Positions 19,107 to 28,580 of a stretch of 64,000 nt of DNA are shown piece after piece (the stretch's first letter is position 1; each line of letters opens with the position of its first letter). The notes under the pieces are model-generated. The model did no database searches and was not told the origin of the DNA. It was given only the letters and a program-made list of their open reading frames with translations. The DNA is from Bdellovibrio sp. ZAP7 (GTDB lineage Bacteria; Bdellovibrionota; FAC87; UBA2466), in contig CAMCTJ010000005.1 in assembly GCA_945878405.1 (NCBI GenBank), positions 22,350 to 86,349 of the forward strand, given 5' to 3'. Position numbers and translations under genes: made by a program.

Positions 19107-20282
19107 CTATTGTTTGTAGCCCTCGACGTCCACACTGATTGCGCCACAGGGGATGATTGACCCATCCGCAGGATTGGTCATTGATCCAGAGAGAGTTCCA
19201 GCAAGTGTTCCCGTCAGAAGGCATCCATCATCTGAAATGGTAAAGTTACCAGTGAGAGTGCCGGTGCATCCACCTGTCCAGGTCATGGAAGCATTGGTTA
19301 CTGTTCTTCCAGTAATCGTTCCGTTTACCGCACCATTGGCATTGCTTGAGCCATTCCAAGTTCCACTTAATGCTCCACCGGTTTGGAGCAGAGTCGCGGT
19401 AAAGTCTTCGCTCAGGTCAACTGTTCCTCCCGAGGTCGTCATACTCCCTATTAAATTTGCGTCAAAGGTGCCCGCAAATGGACTATTCGTATCTCCGCAG
19501 GTGTCCGAGGGAATCGTGTCTCCGTTAATGGGGGGGAAACCACTGCCATCTTGGAAAAACGGGCTATTGACATTGATTATCCCCGAATACGAAAGCGTTC
19601 GTAAATTTTTTGAAGCACAAGCGGGAGACCAATTAACTGCTAAGGTGTTTTTTCTGGCGGCAGGATCTAGGGGAACCACTCGCCCTGTTACGGGCTCATC
19701 ACAGATGTCAAACTCAATACTTAAACGGTAGAGATATTTTTTGGGAGCTGTTGAACCCAATCTCTCTAAAGTTACTTGAGGATCTGTCTCAGCCACAATC
19801 GGCACCGAAGTTTCAGCATTGTTTTTAAAAAAGTCTACGGTCAAAAGCCCCTTTGGATAGTGATAGGTTTTTCCATTTGCAGGATAATTATTATAGTAAG
19901 GTTCCTGACCAATTTGCGATGGTTGAATGGCCCTAGGACATGCTTGCCCTGCAGGTAAAAGGTAAGCATCGAGTGTGTATTTCCCATTGGTAGGCGCATC
20001 TTTGGTAGCACAAGGCGTTCCATTGGCTGACTCAAGAGGATGAGCAGGGAGTCCGTTGGCTTCGGGATATCTTGCCGCAAGCTGAAGATCATTCATAATT
20101 TGAGAAACCCAGGGATTTAAAAGCGCATTGAACTGCTGCCTGTTCCAAAGTTTTCTTGCTGTATTTTTTTGGCTAATCACGGCTTGCATTGAAAGTGCGA
20201 GCATGAGGGTGGAGGCACTAGAGATGCCCAGAATGGCTAAAAGAACAGCCATACCTCTTTGTTTTTTCCAGATTTTAACCAT
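19107..20282 (-). CDS. PilX-like minor pilin / pseudopilin with Thr/Gly-rich beta C-terminal domain
   Basis: KKQRG|MAVLLAILG class III signal-like N-terminus without Glu5 (PilX/GspK type); divergent from two prepilins. Confidence 0.6.
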   Translation of the reverse strand: MVKIWKKQRGMAVLLAILGISSASTLMLALSMQAVISQKNTARKLWNRQQFNALLNPWVSQIMNDLQLAARYPEANGLPAHPLESANGTPCATKDAPTNGKYTLDAYLLPAGQACPRAIQPSQIGQEPYYNNYPANGKTYHYPKGLLTVDFFKNNAETSVPIVAETDPQVTLERLGSTAPKKYLYRLSIEFDICDEPVTGRVVPLDPAARKNTLAVNWSPACASKNLRTLSYSGIINVNSPFFQDGSGFPPINGDTIPSDTCGDTNSPFAGTFDANLIGSMTTSGGTVDLSEDFTATLLQTGGALSGTWNGSSNANGAVNGTITGRTVTNASMTWTGGCTGTLTGNFTISDDGCLLTGTLAGTLSGSMTNPADGSIIPCGAISVDVEGYKQ

Positions 20283-20289
20283 TGGCCAA

Positions 20290-20313
20290 TAGTTTACCAC
20301 AGGTGATAAACTA
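20290..20313. promoter_or_regulatory. Near-perfect palindrome between the divergent pilin genes (operator and/or back-to-back -10 boxes)
   Basis: TAGTTTACCAC-AG-GTGATAAACTA (10/11 pairs); each arm holds a TAAACT hexamer 8-9 nt before an ATG. Confidence 0.55.
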
Positions 20314-20321
20314 GCTTTTCA

Positions 20322-21488
20322 ATGTCTGTTTTTAGAAAACAAAAGGGCGTTACTTTAATTGAACTGCTCATCGCTTCTACCATCGGATTGGTTGTTTTTT
20401 TGGCCAGCATGCAATACCAACAAATGGTTTACAAAGAGGTAAAAAAGACGAGCGATACTGCAGCCATCATGGCTGAGCACACTGCTCTTAACTCGTTAGT
20501 TTCAGCGATTCCATTGAGCGAGGCTTTTTCCGTTTTTTGTGGCAGTTTGAAGCATCCTTACGGGAAGTATACTAAGTACAAGGACGGTTCTGATGGATGC
20601 GAAGCCGTTTCCGGGCAAACGATCAACTCAGCAAAGCTCTCGGCCTGGGATCAACTATCTACAAGTTATTTCGATTTTGCTTGGGGAGAAGATAATCGAA
20701 GAGGAGAGATTGCCTCAAGCTTAAACAGGGCTACCTTTGATACAAATGTTGCCCCAAAACTTGACACTGCTGGTTGTCTTGATTGTCACATAGCTGGCGG
20801 TACAGCGACAGTGTTAAATCCAGACAACTTATTGACTCCTTTAGGTTTAGGAACTTCTTTTGGGCGAAGACTTTTGCGCTCCGAAATGTCATTTCCAAGC
20901 ATTCGCGATCCGAGTCGTTATCAAGTGACTCACACTTTGCGTTTCATTTCAAATCACCGAAGTATTCAAACGATTGTGGGAAGTTTCGATGATTTTGGTT
21001 GTTTTCCTGCAGTTTTAGAAAAGGCTAATTGCACAGTAACAGGTACGGGGAGCGGGTGTCGGTCGAAAAGTGCTGCTGGTTGTTCTAAACCTGCTTGTCC
21101 CAGTGGAATGAAATACCCGGATGTCCGTCAATGTGTCTGTACTCAAACGCGGAAAGATAAAAAAGGTAACGTGACCTGTGTCCAATATAAAACTACCTGG
21201 AATTGTTGGAAGCAAGACCCAAATCTAAACACATCAAATGCTCATTGCCCTCATGGAGAAATCAAGACAACCCCACCTGTTTTTAGCCTCGATCGAACGA
21301 ACTGCTTACCTCGATATCCTGGCGCCGGAACTTACCAGTACTGGAGTAAGTGGAGCTGTCAGCAGCCAAATTCAGCTTATGCAAACCAGCAAAAACGTTG
21401 GGATGTAACTTATGAGCTGGAAAGTCGGTGGACAAGCATTGAGGACCCCCTTCCCCGAAGAATGCTAACAACAGGGGCACTCAAATGA
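20322..21488 (+). CDS. Cys-rich prepilin-type N-terminal cleavage/methylation protein with a CxxCH motif
   Basis: KQKG|VTLIELLIA prepilin motif; 16 Cys; CLDCH at 20775-20789. Confidence 0.8.
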   Translation: MSVFRKQKGVTLIELLIASTIGLVVFLASMQYQQMVYKEVKKTSDTAAIMAEHTALNSLVSAIPLSEAFSVFCGSLKHPYGKYTKYKDGSDGCEAVSGQTINSAKLSAWDQLSTSYFDFAWGEDNRRGEIASSLNRATFDTNVAPKLDTAGCLDCHIAGGTATVLNPDNLLTPLGLGTSFGRRLLRSEMSFPSIRDPSRYQVTHTLRFISNHRSIQTIVGSFDDFGCFPAVLEKANCTVTGTGSGCRSKSAAGCSKPACPSGMKYPDVRQCVCTQTRKDKKGNVTCVQYKTTWNCWKQDPNLNTSNAHCPHGEIKTTPPVFSLDRTNCLPRYPGAGTYQYWSKWSCQQPNSAYANQQKRWDVTYELESRWTSIEDPLPRRMLTTGALK

Positions 21489-22180
21489 AAAAAAAGATAT
21501 TCGGTTTTACACTCATCGAAATGCTGATTGTCGTGGCCCTTGTCTCGACTTTAGGCGTGGGAATACTTGCTTTCCTACGAAAAAGTTCAAATGAAAAAGG
21601 TGCTTCCCAAATGCGAATGCAAGCTGAATTAGCCGGGGAAGCTCAATCCATTATTTATGAAGTAAAAACTCTTTTTAATCGTTCCCGTGATTTTCTCTAT
21701 ACCGCAGGAACGGGAAGTGGGCAGGGCGCTCTGGTCTTACAATCAGATATGCGAGCATGCGATGTATTTGATCCTTCTACCAGTTCGTCCAACTTCACTT
21801 CGGTGGGGATTCTCTGTTGTGGGCCAAACACTACCCTAACTGCAGATAAGCCAGGTGGGGGAACTATTTCTTTAACTTCTGCTTGTGATAAAGATTGGGG
21901 CCTCAGTATTTTCGAGTTTGATGGCTCTGGTAATCCAAAGAGATCAACTTGCAAAAGAAACATTGCCGAGATGCACGTATTTAAAATTGGTAGTGATACG
22001 GTTCGAAATAGAACCAGCGCTGCAGATATCATCAATATCGATTTTGTAGGAAAAACTGCCCTCCAATCAGATGGTACGTGGAATCCCCGGGTTAAAAGTT
22101 TGTATTTTCAATTAGTCACTTCACCGGGAAACATCGACGGTGCCCCTCTAGTGACTTGTTCGAGAGTGGGACTTTTTTAA
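21485..22180 (+). CDS. Prepilin-type N-terminal cleavage/methylation protein (PilW/GspJ-like)
   Basis: KKIFG|FTLIEMLIVV; ATGA overlap with the preceding pilin. Confidence 0.85.
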   Translation: MKKKIFGFTLIEMLIVVALVSTLGVGILAFLRKSSNEKGASQMRMQAELAGEAQSIIYEVKTLFNRSRDFLYTAGTGSGQGALVLQSDMRACDVFDPSTSSSNFTSVGILCCGPNTTLTADKPGGGTISLTSACDKDWGLSIFEFDGSGNPKRSTCKRNIAEMHVFKIGSDTVRNRTSAADIINIDFVGKTALQSDGTWNPRVKSLYFQLVTSPGNIDGAPLVTCSRVGLF

Positions 22181-22266
22181 GAAAAACCTCTTGGTTTTGG
22201 TGCGTCTGGCCATAACACAACTGAACTTTTGCCTGAAAACGTCCGAAAAGGGAAGTAGGAGAGCAG

Positions 22267-22611
22267 ATGCCTCTTATAAACCCCGTTTACGGACTTCCCA
22301 TTTATACGGTTGATAGACTGTCTGAGTCTGAGGGCAGAAATCGCCAGCGTGATCGCAAAAAAGATCAAAAAGAGGAAGAACCCAACTCTGAAAAAGCTTT
22401 GGCAGAAGACAAGTCCTCTTCTTCGGAAGGGGACTTGTCGATTCCGGATTCAGAATCCAGTCAAGCGCTTGACACTGAAACGGTGGTTAAGCTCCTTGAT
22501 ACTCAGCTGAAAAATCAAAATCAATCTGAAAACAATACGTTAAACGTTTCAAACCGCTACGGTCATGTCAAAAATCTAACAGATTCCTCGAAACTAAATC
22601 GAGAGATCTGA
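22267..22611 (+). CDS. Small hydrophilic hypothetical protein upstream of fliD
   Basis: AGGAG RBS; charged and low-complexity; occupies the position often held by flaG, but no FlaG motif recognised. Confidence 0.6.
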   Translation: MPLINPVYGLPIYTVDRLSESEGRNRQRDRKKDQKEEEPNSEKALAEDKSSSSEGDLSIPDSESSQALDTETVVKLLDTQLKNQNQSENNTLNVSNRYGHVKNLTDSSKLNREI

Positions 22612-22721
22612 AGCGCCACGCTTTGAAAGAATTTCAATTTCGCTTATACTTAAGATCAAGTTCACTTCACTCCACGTTAATCAACTAATCATCAATTTAT
22701 TTACTGTTTGCAGGAGGCCGC

Positions 22722-24116
22722 GTGCCTGATCTCAGTGTGGATCAAAATCAGGTATCTGGATTAAGTCCCGAGTTTGCTCGTGCTTACCAAGTATCGGTTC
22801 AAGCTGAGCGAAAACCGATTCAGGCCCTTGAACAACAAAAAGAAAAACTCCAAGAAAAAGTAAATCTCCTTCAAGACTTAGTTTCCAGAGCGGATGGCCT
22901 TCGCCAGATACTCCCCAGTTTAGGGACTCCGTTTGCGATGCGAGAAATTTCTTTTACTTCTGATGATCCCAAGGTCATCACAGGGACCGCCGATAAAAGT
23001 ATTGCCGATATCGGTAAACATGACCTTGAGATAAGCCAGCTGGCTTCAGGTCCTAGTGCACTTACCAATCGTTTTCCCGACCCAAATGAAACCCACATTG
23101 GTACGGGGTACCTCACTTTTAATACAAAAAATGGCGATACCCAGGAAATTTTCATTGATTATGATAACTCGACTCTTGAGGGAATTGCTCGCTCCGTTAA
23201 TCAAGCAAAAATGGGGTTAACTGCCTCGGTAGTTAATGATGTCAGTGATCCCGAGAATAGTTATCGACTTCTCATTTCATCCTCACAAGTGGGGGCACAA
23301 AATGACGTCAATTATCCCGAATTTTATTTCTCGGGAGGAGAAGAAGACTTTTTTATCGAAGAAAAAAAGGACGCCGGTAATGCCGTCATCAAGTATCGTG
23401 GTGTTCAAGTAGAAAGTCCTACAAATGAAATTAAAGATCTTATCCCGGGTGCCGTATTAAATTTGAAGGGTGTGACCGATTCGGGAAGACCGATCACAGT
23501 TACCCTGGAGCAGGATGTCCCGCAAACGACGGTCAAAGTAAAAGACTTGGTAGATAAAACAAATCAAATCCTCGGTTTCATACAGGAACAAAACGCGGTT
23601 GATGAAAAAACGGATACGAGCAGAACTCTTGGTGGCGACTACGCCCTCCGTTTAGCTGAAGAACGGATTCGTTCAGCCCTTAGGGAAAATTTTCTAGGAC
23701 AGCCGGGAAGAAGTGTTCAAGCGCTTTCCGATATTGGAATCCAAATGACTAGAAAAGGCACACTTACTTTCGACGAGAAAAAATTCACAGCGGCACTTGA
23801 GAAAAACTTTGATGACGTTGTGGCACTCATTAGTGGTGATGGAACCAGCTTCGGTGTCATTCCAAAGCTTGGCCGAGCCATTGCCTCTCTATCTGCGCCC
23901 GGCACAGGTCTTCTCAGTAGCCAGAAAAAGAACTTTGATAACCAGATTCAGACAATCAATAAGAATATCGATCGCACAGAAAAAATAGCAGAGGCGAAGG
24001 CAAAATCACTAAAAGAATCTCTTTCCCGAGCCCAAGCGGCAGTTCAGGCCCTTCAGAGCCAGGGTGGGGCCATCGCGAATAGCGTTTCCAGTGCAATCCC
24101 AAGTGTTAACTCTTAA
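22722..24116 (+). CDS. fliD: Flagellar filament cap protein
   Basis: N-terminal 'AERKPI..LEQQK'; 'TLEGIARSVN'; 'DLIPGAVLNL'; 'LSDIGI...GTLTFDEKKF'; precedes fliS. Confidence 0.92.
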   Translation: MPDLSVDQNQVSGLSPEFARAYQVSVQAERKPIQALEQQKEKLQEKVNLLQDLVSRADGLRQILPSLGTPFAMREISFTSDDPKVITGTADKSIADIGKHDLEISQLASGPSALTNRFPDPNETHIGTGYLTFNTKNGDTQEIFIDYDNSTLEGIARSVNQAKMGLTASVVNDVSDPENSYRLLISSSQVGAQNDVNYPEFYFSGGEEDFFIEEKKDAGNAVIKYRGVQVESPTNEIKDLIPGAVLNLKGVTDSGRPITVTLEQDVPQTTVKVKDLVDKTNQILGFIQEQNAVDEKTDTSRTLGGDYALRLAEERIRSALRENFLGQPGRSVQALSDIGIQMTRKGTLTFDEKKFTAALEKNFDDVVALISGDGTSFGVIPKLGRAIASLSAPGTGLLSSQKKNFDNQIQTINKNIDRTEKIAEAKAKSLKESLSRAQAAVQALQSQGGAIANSVSSAIPSVNS

Positions 24117-24141
24117 TGAAGCGAATGATAGGTGAAAACTG

Positions 24142-24540
24142 ATGCAGAATAAAAAAAATCCCTTTGGTGCCTATACTAAGACAGGTGTGATTACCGCCAG
24201 CCGTGAGAAAATTCTCATGATGCTCTACGACGGAGCCATTAGGTTTTTGAAGATGGCTATCGCTGCAAGTGATTCTAAAAACCTGCCCGAAAAAAATCTT
24301 TATGTCGGCAAGACAATGGATATCGTCAACGAACTTCGAGCTTCTCTTAATCATAAGGAGGGCCAGGATGTCGCTGCTAATCTAGAGGGACTCTACGAAT
24401 TTATACAGGATAGGCTTTTAAAGGGCAGTATCGGGAGTGATCCCAATTCACTCAATGAAGCTTTGGGAATTCTCAATACGCTACGAACGGCTTGGGATGA
24501 CGCGATTCAGAGTTTGAAACAACCAGCAGAAGCAAAATAA
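24142..24540 (+). CDS. fliS: Flagellar export chaperone FliS
   Basis: AY...VITAS...LMMLYDGAI...ELRASLN...NLEGLYEF...AW. Confidence 0.95.
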   Translation: MQNKKNPFGAYTKTGVITASREKILMMLYDGAIRFLKMAIAASDSKNLPEKNLYVGKTMDIVNELRASLNHKEGQDVAANLEGLYEFIQDRLLKGSIGSDPNSLNEALGILNTLRTAWDDAIQSLKQPAEAK

Positions 24541-24557
24541 GAAAAACGGGGGAAACC

Positions 24558-24992
24558 ATGGAAGAAGTAGTTCAGTATCTTGAAATGAAAAATCATTACT
24601 ATGAAAAGTTTTACACGGTAACTCAGAAGTTCCTGGACCAAATTGCTCGAAATGACTGGACCAATCTCGATTTCTTTGTCGATAGCAGAGAAAGGATTTT
24701 GAACATCATTCGATCTTTTGATGCAAAGATAGCTCATGTGGTGGAAAGAGCTAAAAGCTCCGTTAATCCCGAGGTTGCCGATAAGAATGTTGTGAAGAAA
24801 GTTTTAGATGAAAGAAAAAAGCTGGGGGATAAAATCCTTGAATTGGATCTCCAGTTGATTTCGGCGATTGATGACTACAAAAATGAAACGATTCGCGAGC
24901 TAAAGAAGACAGTTGAAACACAACAGCAAATTGACGCATTCGAAAAGAACACCCCAACACCAAAGACGACATCTCGAGTCGGAAAAGCCTAG
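24558..24992 (+). CDS. Helical flagellar accessory protein (FliT/FlgN-like)
   Basis: Follows fliS; 'DW..L..FVDSRE.I' pattern resembling FliT; coiled coil. Confidence 0.55.
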   Translation: MEEVVQYLEMKNHYYEKFYTVTQKFLDQIARNDWTNLDFFVDSRERILNIIRSFDAKIAHVVERAKSSVNPEVADKNVVKKVLDERKKLGDKILELDLQLISAIDDYKNETIRELKKTVETQQQIDAFEKNTPTPKTTSRVGKA

Positions 24993-25093
24993 AAAACGAC
25001 AAAAAAATGACGAGCTTTTTGAAAAACTGACGTACCGTTATCTCACCTGGCACGAATCAGTCAGTAATTCCTAGGGATCTGTGAAGTCTAAGA

Positions 25094-25109
25094 TGGCATA
25101 GCACTTGCT
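25094..25109 (+). promoter_or_regulatory. Sigma-54 -24/-12 promoter
   Basis: TGGCATAGCACTTGCT with canonical GG-N10-GC spacing, 20 nt before the TPR gene ATG. Confidence 0.8.
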
Positions 25110-25129
25110 CTCTAAGCTTCATAACCCGT

Positions 25130-26188
25130 ATGGAATTCAACCACCTTACAAATTCTATAGAAAATACCCCCTTCTTTGCGTTGATGTCTGATGCCGAGCA
25201 GATACAGGTGCAAGAAGTCGTAGAAGGGGTATCTTCTCAGAGCGGCGAAAAGTCGTTCTTAGTCAAGATTCGTCCACGACCTAATTCCCACGTCACTAAA
25301 AATGAGTCTGAGCTCCTGGCCAATGCACAACTTCTTCTCGCCAGCGGCGATTATCTACTGGCTCGAAACTTGTTTAGTTTTATCCTCCGAAAAAATTTGA
25401 GAGATGAAAAGGCCATGGACGGTTTAGGAGTCTGCTTCCTCAGACTCAAAGAAACGGTAGCAGCCAAAAAGTGTTTTAAGGCACTCTGGGAAATGCATCG
25501 AAGAAGTAAATATGCTGTTTATCTAGGAATGTGCTATCTGGCTGAGGAAAACGATGAAGCAGCTTTCTCCCTTTTCCAGCAAGTAGTGGATGAAACCTCC
25601 TTAGAGCCAGATCTCAAATTCGATTTTCAAAAAGCCTACGGAAATCTTTTGATGGCAAAAGAACGTTGGAATGAAGCGGAACAACGCTACTTAAAAGCGC
25701 TGCAATGGGTTCCGGAATCGGCCGCAGTTCTCGTGAATCTTGGAACCCTCGAAGTCCAAAGAAAAAATCATAGCAAAGCCGACGGCTATTTTAAAAAGGC
25801 ATTGGTTTTGGAACCAAACAATTCACGAGGGCATTTCGGAGTGGGGCTTGTGCAATGGGAAAACAATAATGCACAAGGGGCTATGGACAGTTTTGAAAAG
25901 GCTTTGGACTGCGATAGTAGAAATGGGTTAGCCCTCCGATATTTAATAAAGATCCAGGAAAACAGTTCAAGCAAGGAACAACTTAAAAAACGAATGTATC
26001 GATTCTTAGAGCAAGAGCCAAACAACGGAGAGATCAGATTCCAACTTGCGAGAATTCTGATGCAGGAAAATAGATTTGGTGAGGCCTCTGAGCAAGCGGA
26101 CAAAGCCTTGCGTCTGTTACCACAAGACGAGCGCATTCAAAGTCTTAAAAAAATACTTATTCAAAATCGGCATTGGGGGGCGACATGA
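25130..26188 (+). CDS. Tetratricopeptide-repeat protein
   Basis: Multiple TPR signatures (NLGTL...A...FKKAL.LEP; GVGLV...FEKAL). Confidence 0.88.
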   Translation: MEFNHLTNSIENTPFFALMSDAEQIQVQEVVEGVSSQSGEKSFLVKIRPRPNSHVTKNESELLANAQLLLASGDYLLARNLFSFILRKNLRDEKAMDGLGVCFLRLKETVAAKKCFKALWEMHRRSKYAVYLGMCYLAEENDEAAFSLFQQVVDETSLEPDLKFDFQKAYGNLLMAKERWNEAEQRYLKALQWVPESAAVLVNLGTLEVQRKNHSKADGYFKKALVLEPNNSRGHFGVGLVQWENNNAQGAMDSFEKALDCDSRNGLALRYLIKIQENSSSKEQLKKRMYRFLEQEPNNGEIRFQLARILMQENRFGEASEQADKALRLLPQDERIQSLKKILIQNRHWGAT

Positions 26189-26709
26189 AAGAAATCCTAT
26201 TAGAACAAGAACTCGATCAGAATCCTACTCTTAACCCCCCCACTGGGGACTGGAACACCTTAAATGAGACGATTGCCCCAGTTAACGCCCCTTTGGCCCG
26301 AACCGATCTTTCCATTTGGGCCGAATCTGGTTTGGATATCGCCTTAACCTGCGTGGAAAGAGTTAAGGGCAGTCTGATTCGATCGGCTGAGTTGTTTAGG
26401 GAAGAAGACAGCGTTCGTGCTAATCGTTTCTTTCTCCAATGTGTTGAGGGGCTTCAAAGATTTATGGAAGCGATTCGTAATACTAAGTCCGCAATGCAAT
26501 TAGACTTTACCAAAATCCCAACAGACATGGGAAATCTCTCAGATACTGAAAAGAGTCTTCTGTTTATTCTTAAAGGGATGTTTCAAAATCAAGAGAGAAA
26601 AGAATACGAAGAAATCGCGGATAAGATTGAATACGAGCTTTTAACTAATTTAAGTGCATGGACCGGTGCCTTAGGCGCGCTTCGCAATTCTTTAGTTGGA
26701 CGCAACTAG
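26185..26709 (+). CDS. Conserved hypothetical helical protein, flagellar-locus associated
   Basis: ATGA-coupled to the TPR gene; 'E..DY..IADKIEYEL' type C-terminal motif. Confidence 0.6.
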   Translation: MKEILLEQELDQNPTLNPPTGDWNTLNETIAPVNAPLARTDLSIWAESGLDIALTCVERVKGSLIRSAELFREEDSVRANRFFLQCVEGLQRFMEAIRNTKSAMQLDFTKIPTDMGNLSDTEKSLLFILKGMFQNQERKEYEEIADKIEYELLTNLSAWTGALGALRNSLVGRN

Positions 26710-27744
26710 AATTTGAATCGATGCACCCTCTGGAGGAGCCGATCTAAATACCACTTCATTGGTAGCAGTATCGAAGGTCCAAGGAATACTTAGAGACTCA
26801 CCCGCTCTGGAAGTAACGCTCACCCTTAATAAAGAAGCACTGCTGACGTTTTGCTCTACCTTAAAGCGAGTCGCAAGTGTCTTTAATCGAAGCCCTGACA
26901 GATCGATTTTTGAAGAAAAAGATGAGCAAAGATCTGCTGTATCCCCTTTAAGCTTAGTAGCTAACCTGAAGTATCGGTTCTGAAACCAAGGACTTCCATC
27001 TGCCCGGGTCGCGCCTGTTCCTGCCTTATCGATATCTGCGTTGTTTCGAGTGGCACATCTAACATCGCTCGTACTGATTGAAGAAGTAAGAGGCACGTAA
27101 TTAATCGAGTAAGCTTTTACCAGTTCCTCTTTACCGCCCTTCAAACTCAGAATTTGAGCAGCAAAAAAATCTACTGAATCTTGAGAAGTAACCGAACTAA
27201 AATTTGAAAAGTCATCGCCATCAGAGATAAATACCAAAACCAAGGGAACCCCAGCTCGAGGTTTAAAATGATTGTTTAGCGAGAGCAGCGTAGCTGCCAT
27301 TCCGGTATTTTCCGCGCCAGTCTGTAAGTTAATAATCTGCGATAAGAGAGTTTCAAAAACATTCAATCTTTCGGCTAACGATCCCGTTTTTTTAGTCAGA
27401 ATCGTACCTGCGGGGCGGAGAGCTCCTCGGTTTCTCAGCGTATCCATGGTGGTGATGCCCATTTGATAATTACTCGGGATGCTATCTAGTCTTACGAAAA
27501 AGTTGGAAGCTTCACTCACTAAATGATCTCTCACCAAAGTCATCGGCGAACGATCATCTAAAACCCAAAGAATATCTAAATAAGGAGGATTCAGGTCTTG
27601 AACAATAAATTGAGAGCTGCCAGAGGCAAGGAAAGATTCCTTTTGCGAACAGGATGAGAGAGCAATCACTGTCCCCAGCAATAGGACAGATAAAACTGCA
27701 AAACTGGCTTCTTTAACATTTTTGAAACTGATTATCGTTTTCAA
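26692..27744 (-). CDS. VWA-like domain lipoprotein
   Basis: Lipobox LSSC; 'DILWVLDDRSPM' (MIDAS-like DxSxS variant) and 'VFISDGDD'. Start placed at the TTG behind GGGAGAG. Confidence 0.7.
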   Translation of the reverse strand: MKTIISFKNVKEASFAVLSVLLLGTVIALSSCSQKESFLASGSSQFIVQDLNPPYLDILWVLDDRSPMTLVRDHLVSEASNFFVRLDSIPSNYQMGITTMDTLRNRGALRPAGTILTKKTGSLAERLNVFETLLSQIINLQTGAENTGMAATLLSLNNHFKPRAGVPLVLVFISDGDDFSNFSSVTSQDSVDFFAAQILSLKGGKEELVKAYSINYVPLTSSISTSDVRCATRNNADIDKAGTGATRADGSPWFQNRYFRLATKLKGDTADLCSSFSSKIDLSGLRLKTLATRFKVEQNVSSASLLRVSVTSRAGESLSIPWTFDTATNEVVFRSAPPEGASIQILVASN

Positions 27745-27794
27745 GCTTCTCTCCCTGCTCCAAAACGCACCGAGCGTTTCCCTGCACCCCATTT

Positions 27795-27810
27795 TGCAAG
27801 CCAAAGTCCA
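27795..27810 (-). promoter_or_regulatory. Possible sigma-54 promoter of the VWA lipoprotein
   Basis: Minus strand TGGACTTTGGCTTGCA: GG-N10-GC spacing and TTGC are correct, -24 box imperfect. Confidence 0.45.
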
Positions 27811-27949
27811 GCTCGGGTTATCGTATAAGTACATGAAATGTAGATGGTTTTTTAGGTGATCTCGGTGGGTGTAGACCGAGAGAGCCTGTAATTTTGTATA
27901 CACAGAAGACCAACTTGGGCCCTTTCACATTTATTTCAAAATAGAGTTC

Positions 27950-27976
27950 TTAACTAAAATAACGCGCCGCCGATAA
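27950..27976 (+). promoter_or_regulatory. Probable sigma-28 promoter
   Basis: TTAA-N15-GCCGATAA, 19 nt upstream of ATG 27996. Confidence 0.6.
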
Positions 27977-27995
27977 GCCCAGTTGAGAGGTATTT

Positions 27996-28580
27996 ATGAG
28001 CGCTTTAAATCGGTTTGCTTTAAGTTTTGGAATGGGGGCCCTTTGGTTTTTAAGTCAGTGGGTTCAGCCCGCTTATGCTGAGTACTACCAAAGCTCGAGC
28101 ACCAAATCCGTTGGTCGTTGGGGGATTCAAGCTCAACGGTTTAAAGGGGGGAACACCGATAGCGGAACTCAAGGATTAATGCTGGGTTTTCGAAGCAGTC
28201 GGTATCTCTATAAAGGGTTTAGCTTGGGAATTGAAGCAGTCGCGGGAGCTCCCGAAGACGGTTCCATCGTAGACAATAATCTCTTGTACACTGGTTTGAC
28301 TCTCGGATGGGATCAAAGCTTCTTTAAAATTCTTACCTATGAAATGAACGTCTTAGTAGGGTACGGCTATGGAAAAAGCAGTAATTTGGGTGTTTCCGGA
28401 GATGGCTTTACGATTCAACCACAGCTCGGTTTAGGTTTTGTTTTGGTTAATGGATATCGAATCACTTTTGCTCCCGGATATTTGTATATGCCCAGAACCA
28501 ATGGGTTTAGCGGTTTTACTTTCAGCATTCGCTTTGATCGAAAATCAGAGGACGGGCCTTCAAAGCCTGTGAATAATTAA
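27996..28580 (+). CDS. Putative outer-membrane beta-barrel protein
   Basis: Signal peptide (AYA|E); Gly/aromatic-rich alternating strands; GAGG RBS. Confidence 0.65.
   Translation: MSALNRFALSFGMGALWFLSQWVQPAYAEYYQSSSTKSVGRWGIQAQRFKGGNTDSGTQGLMLGFRSSRYLYKGFSLGIEAVAGAPEDGSIVDNNLLYTGLTLGWDQSFFKILTYEMNVLVGYGYGKSSNLGVSGDGFTIQPQLGLGFVLVNGYRITFAPGYLYMPRTNGFSGFTFSIRFDRKSEDGPSKPVNN

Noticed and set aside
19153..19731. 192-aa plus-strand ORF
   Set aside because: Antisense shadow of the Thr/Gly-rich PilX-like gene; no RBS or motif.
22222..22249. Sigma-28 promoter before ORF 22267 (TGAA...TCCGAAAA)
   Set aside because: Mismatches in both boxes and a 16-nt spacer; too weak to call.
25047..25063. TGGCAC as a second sigma-54 site
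   Set aside because: No TTGC/GC at the -12 position (TGGCACGAATCAGTC).
27745..27903. N-terminal extension of the VWA lipoprotein in the ORF track
   Set aside because: It would bury the signal peptide; the RBS and a sigma-54-like site favour the start at 27744.
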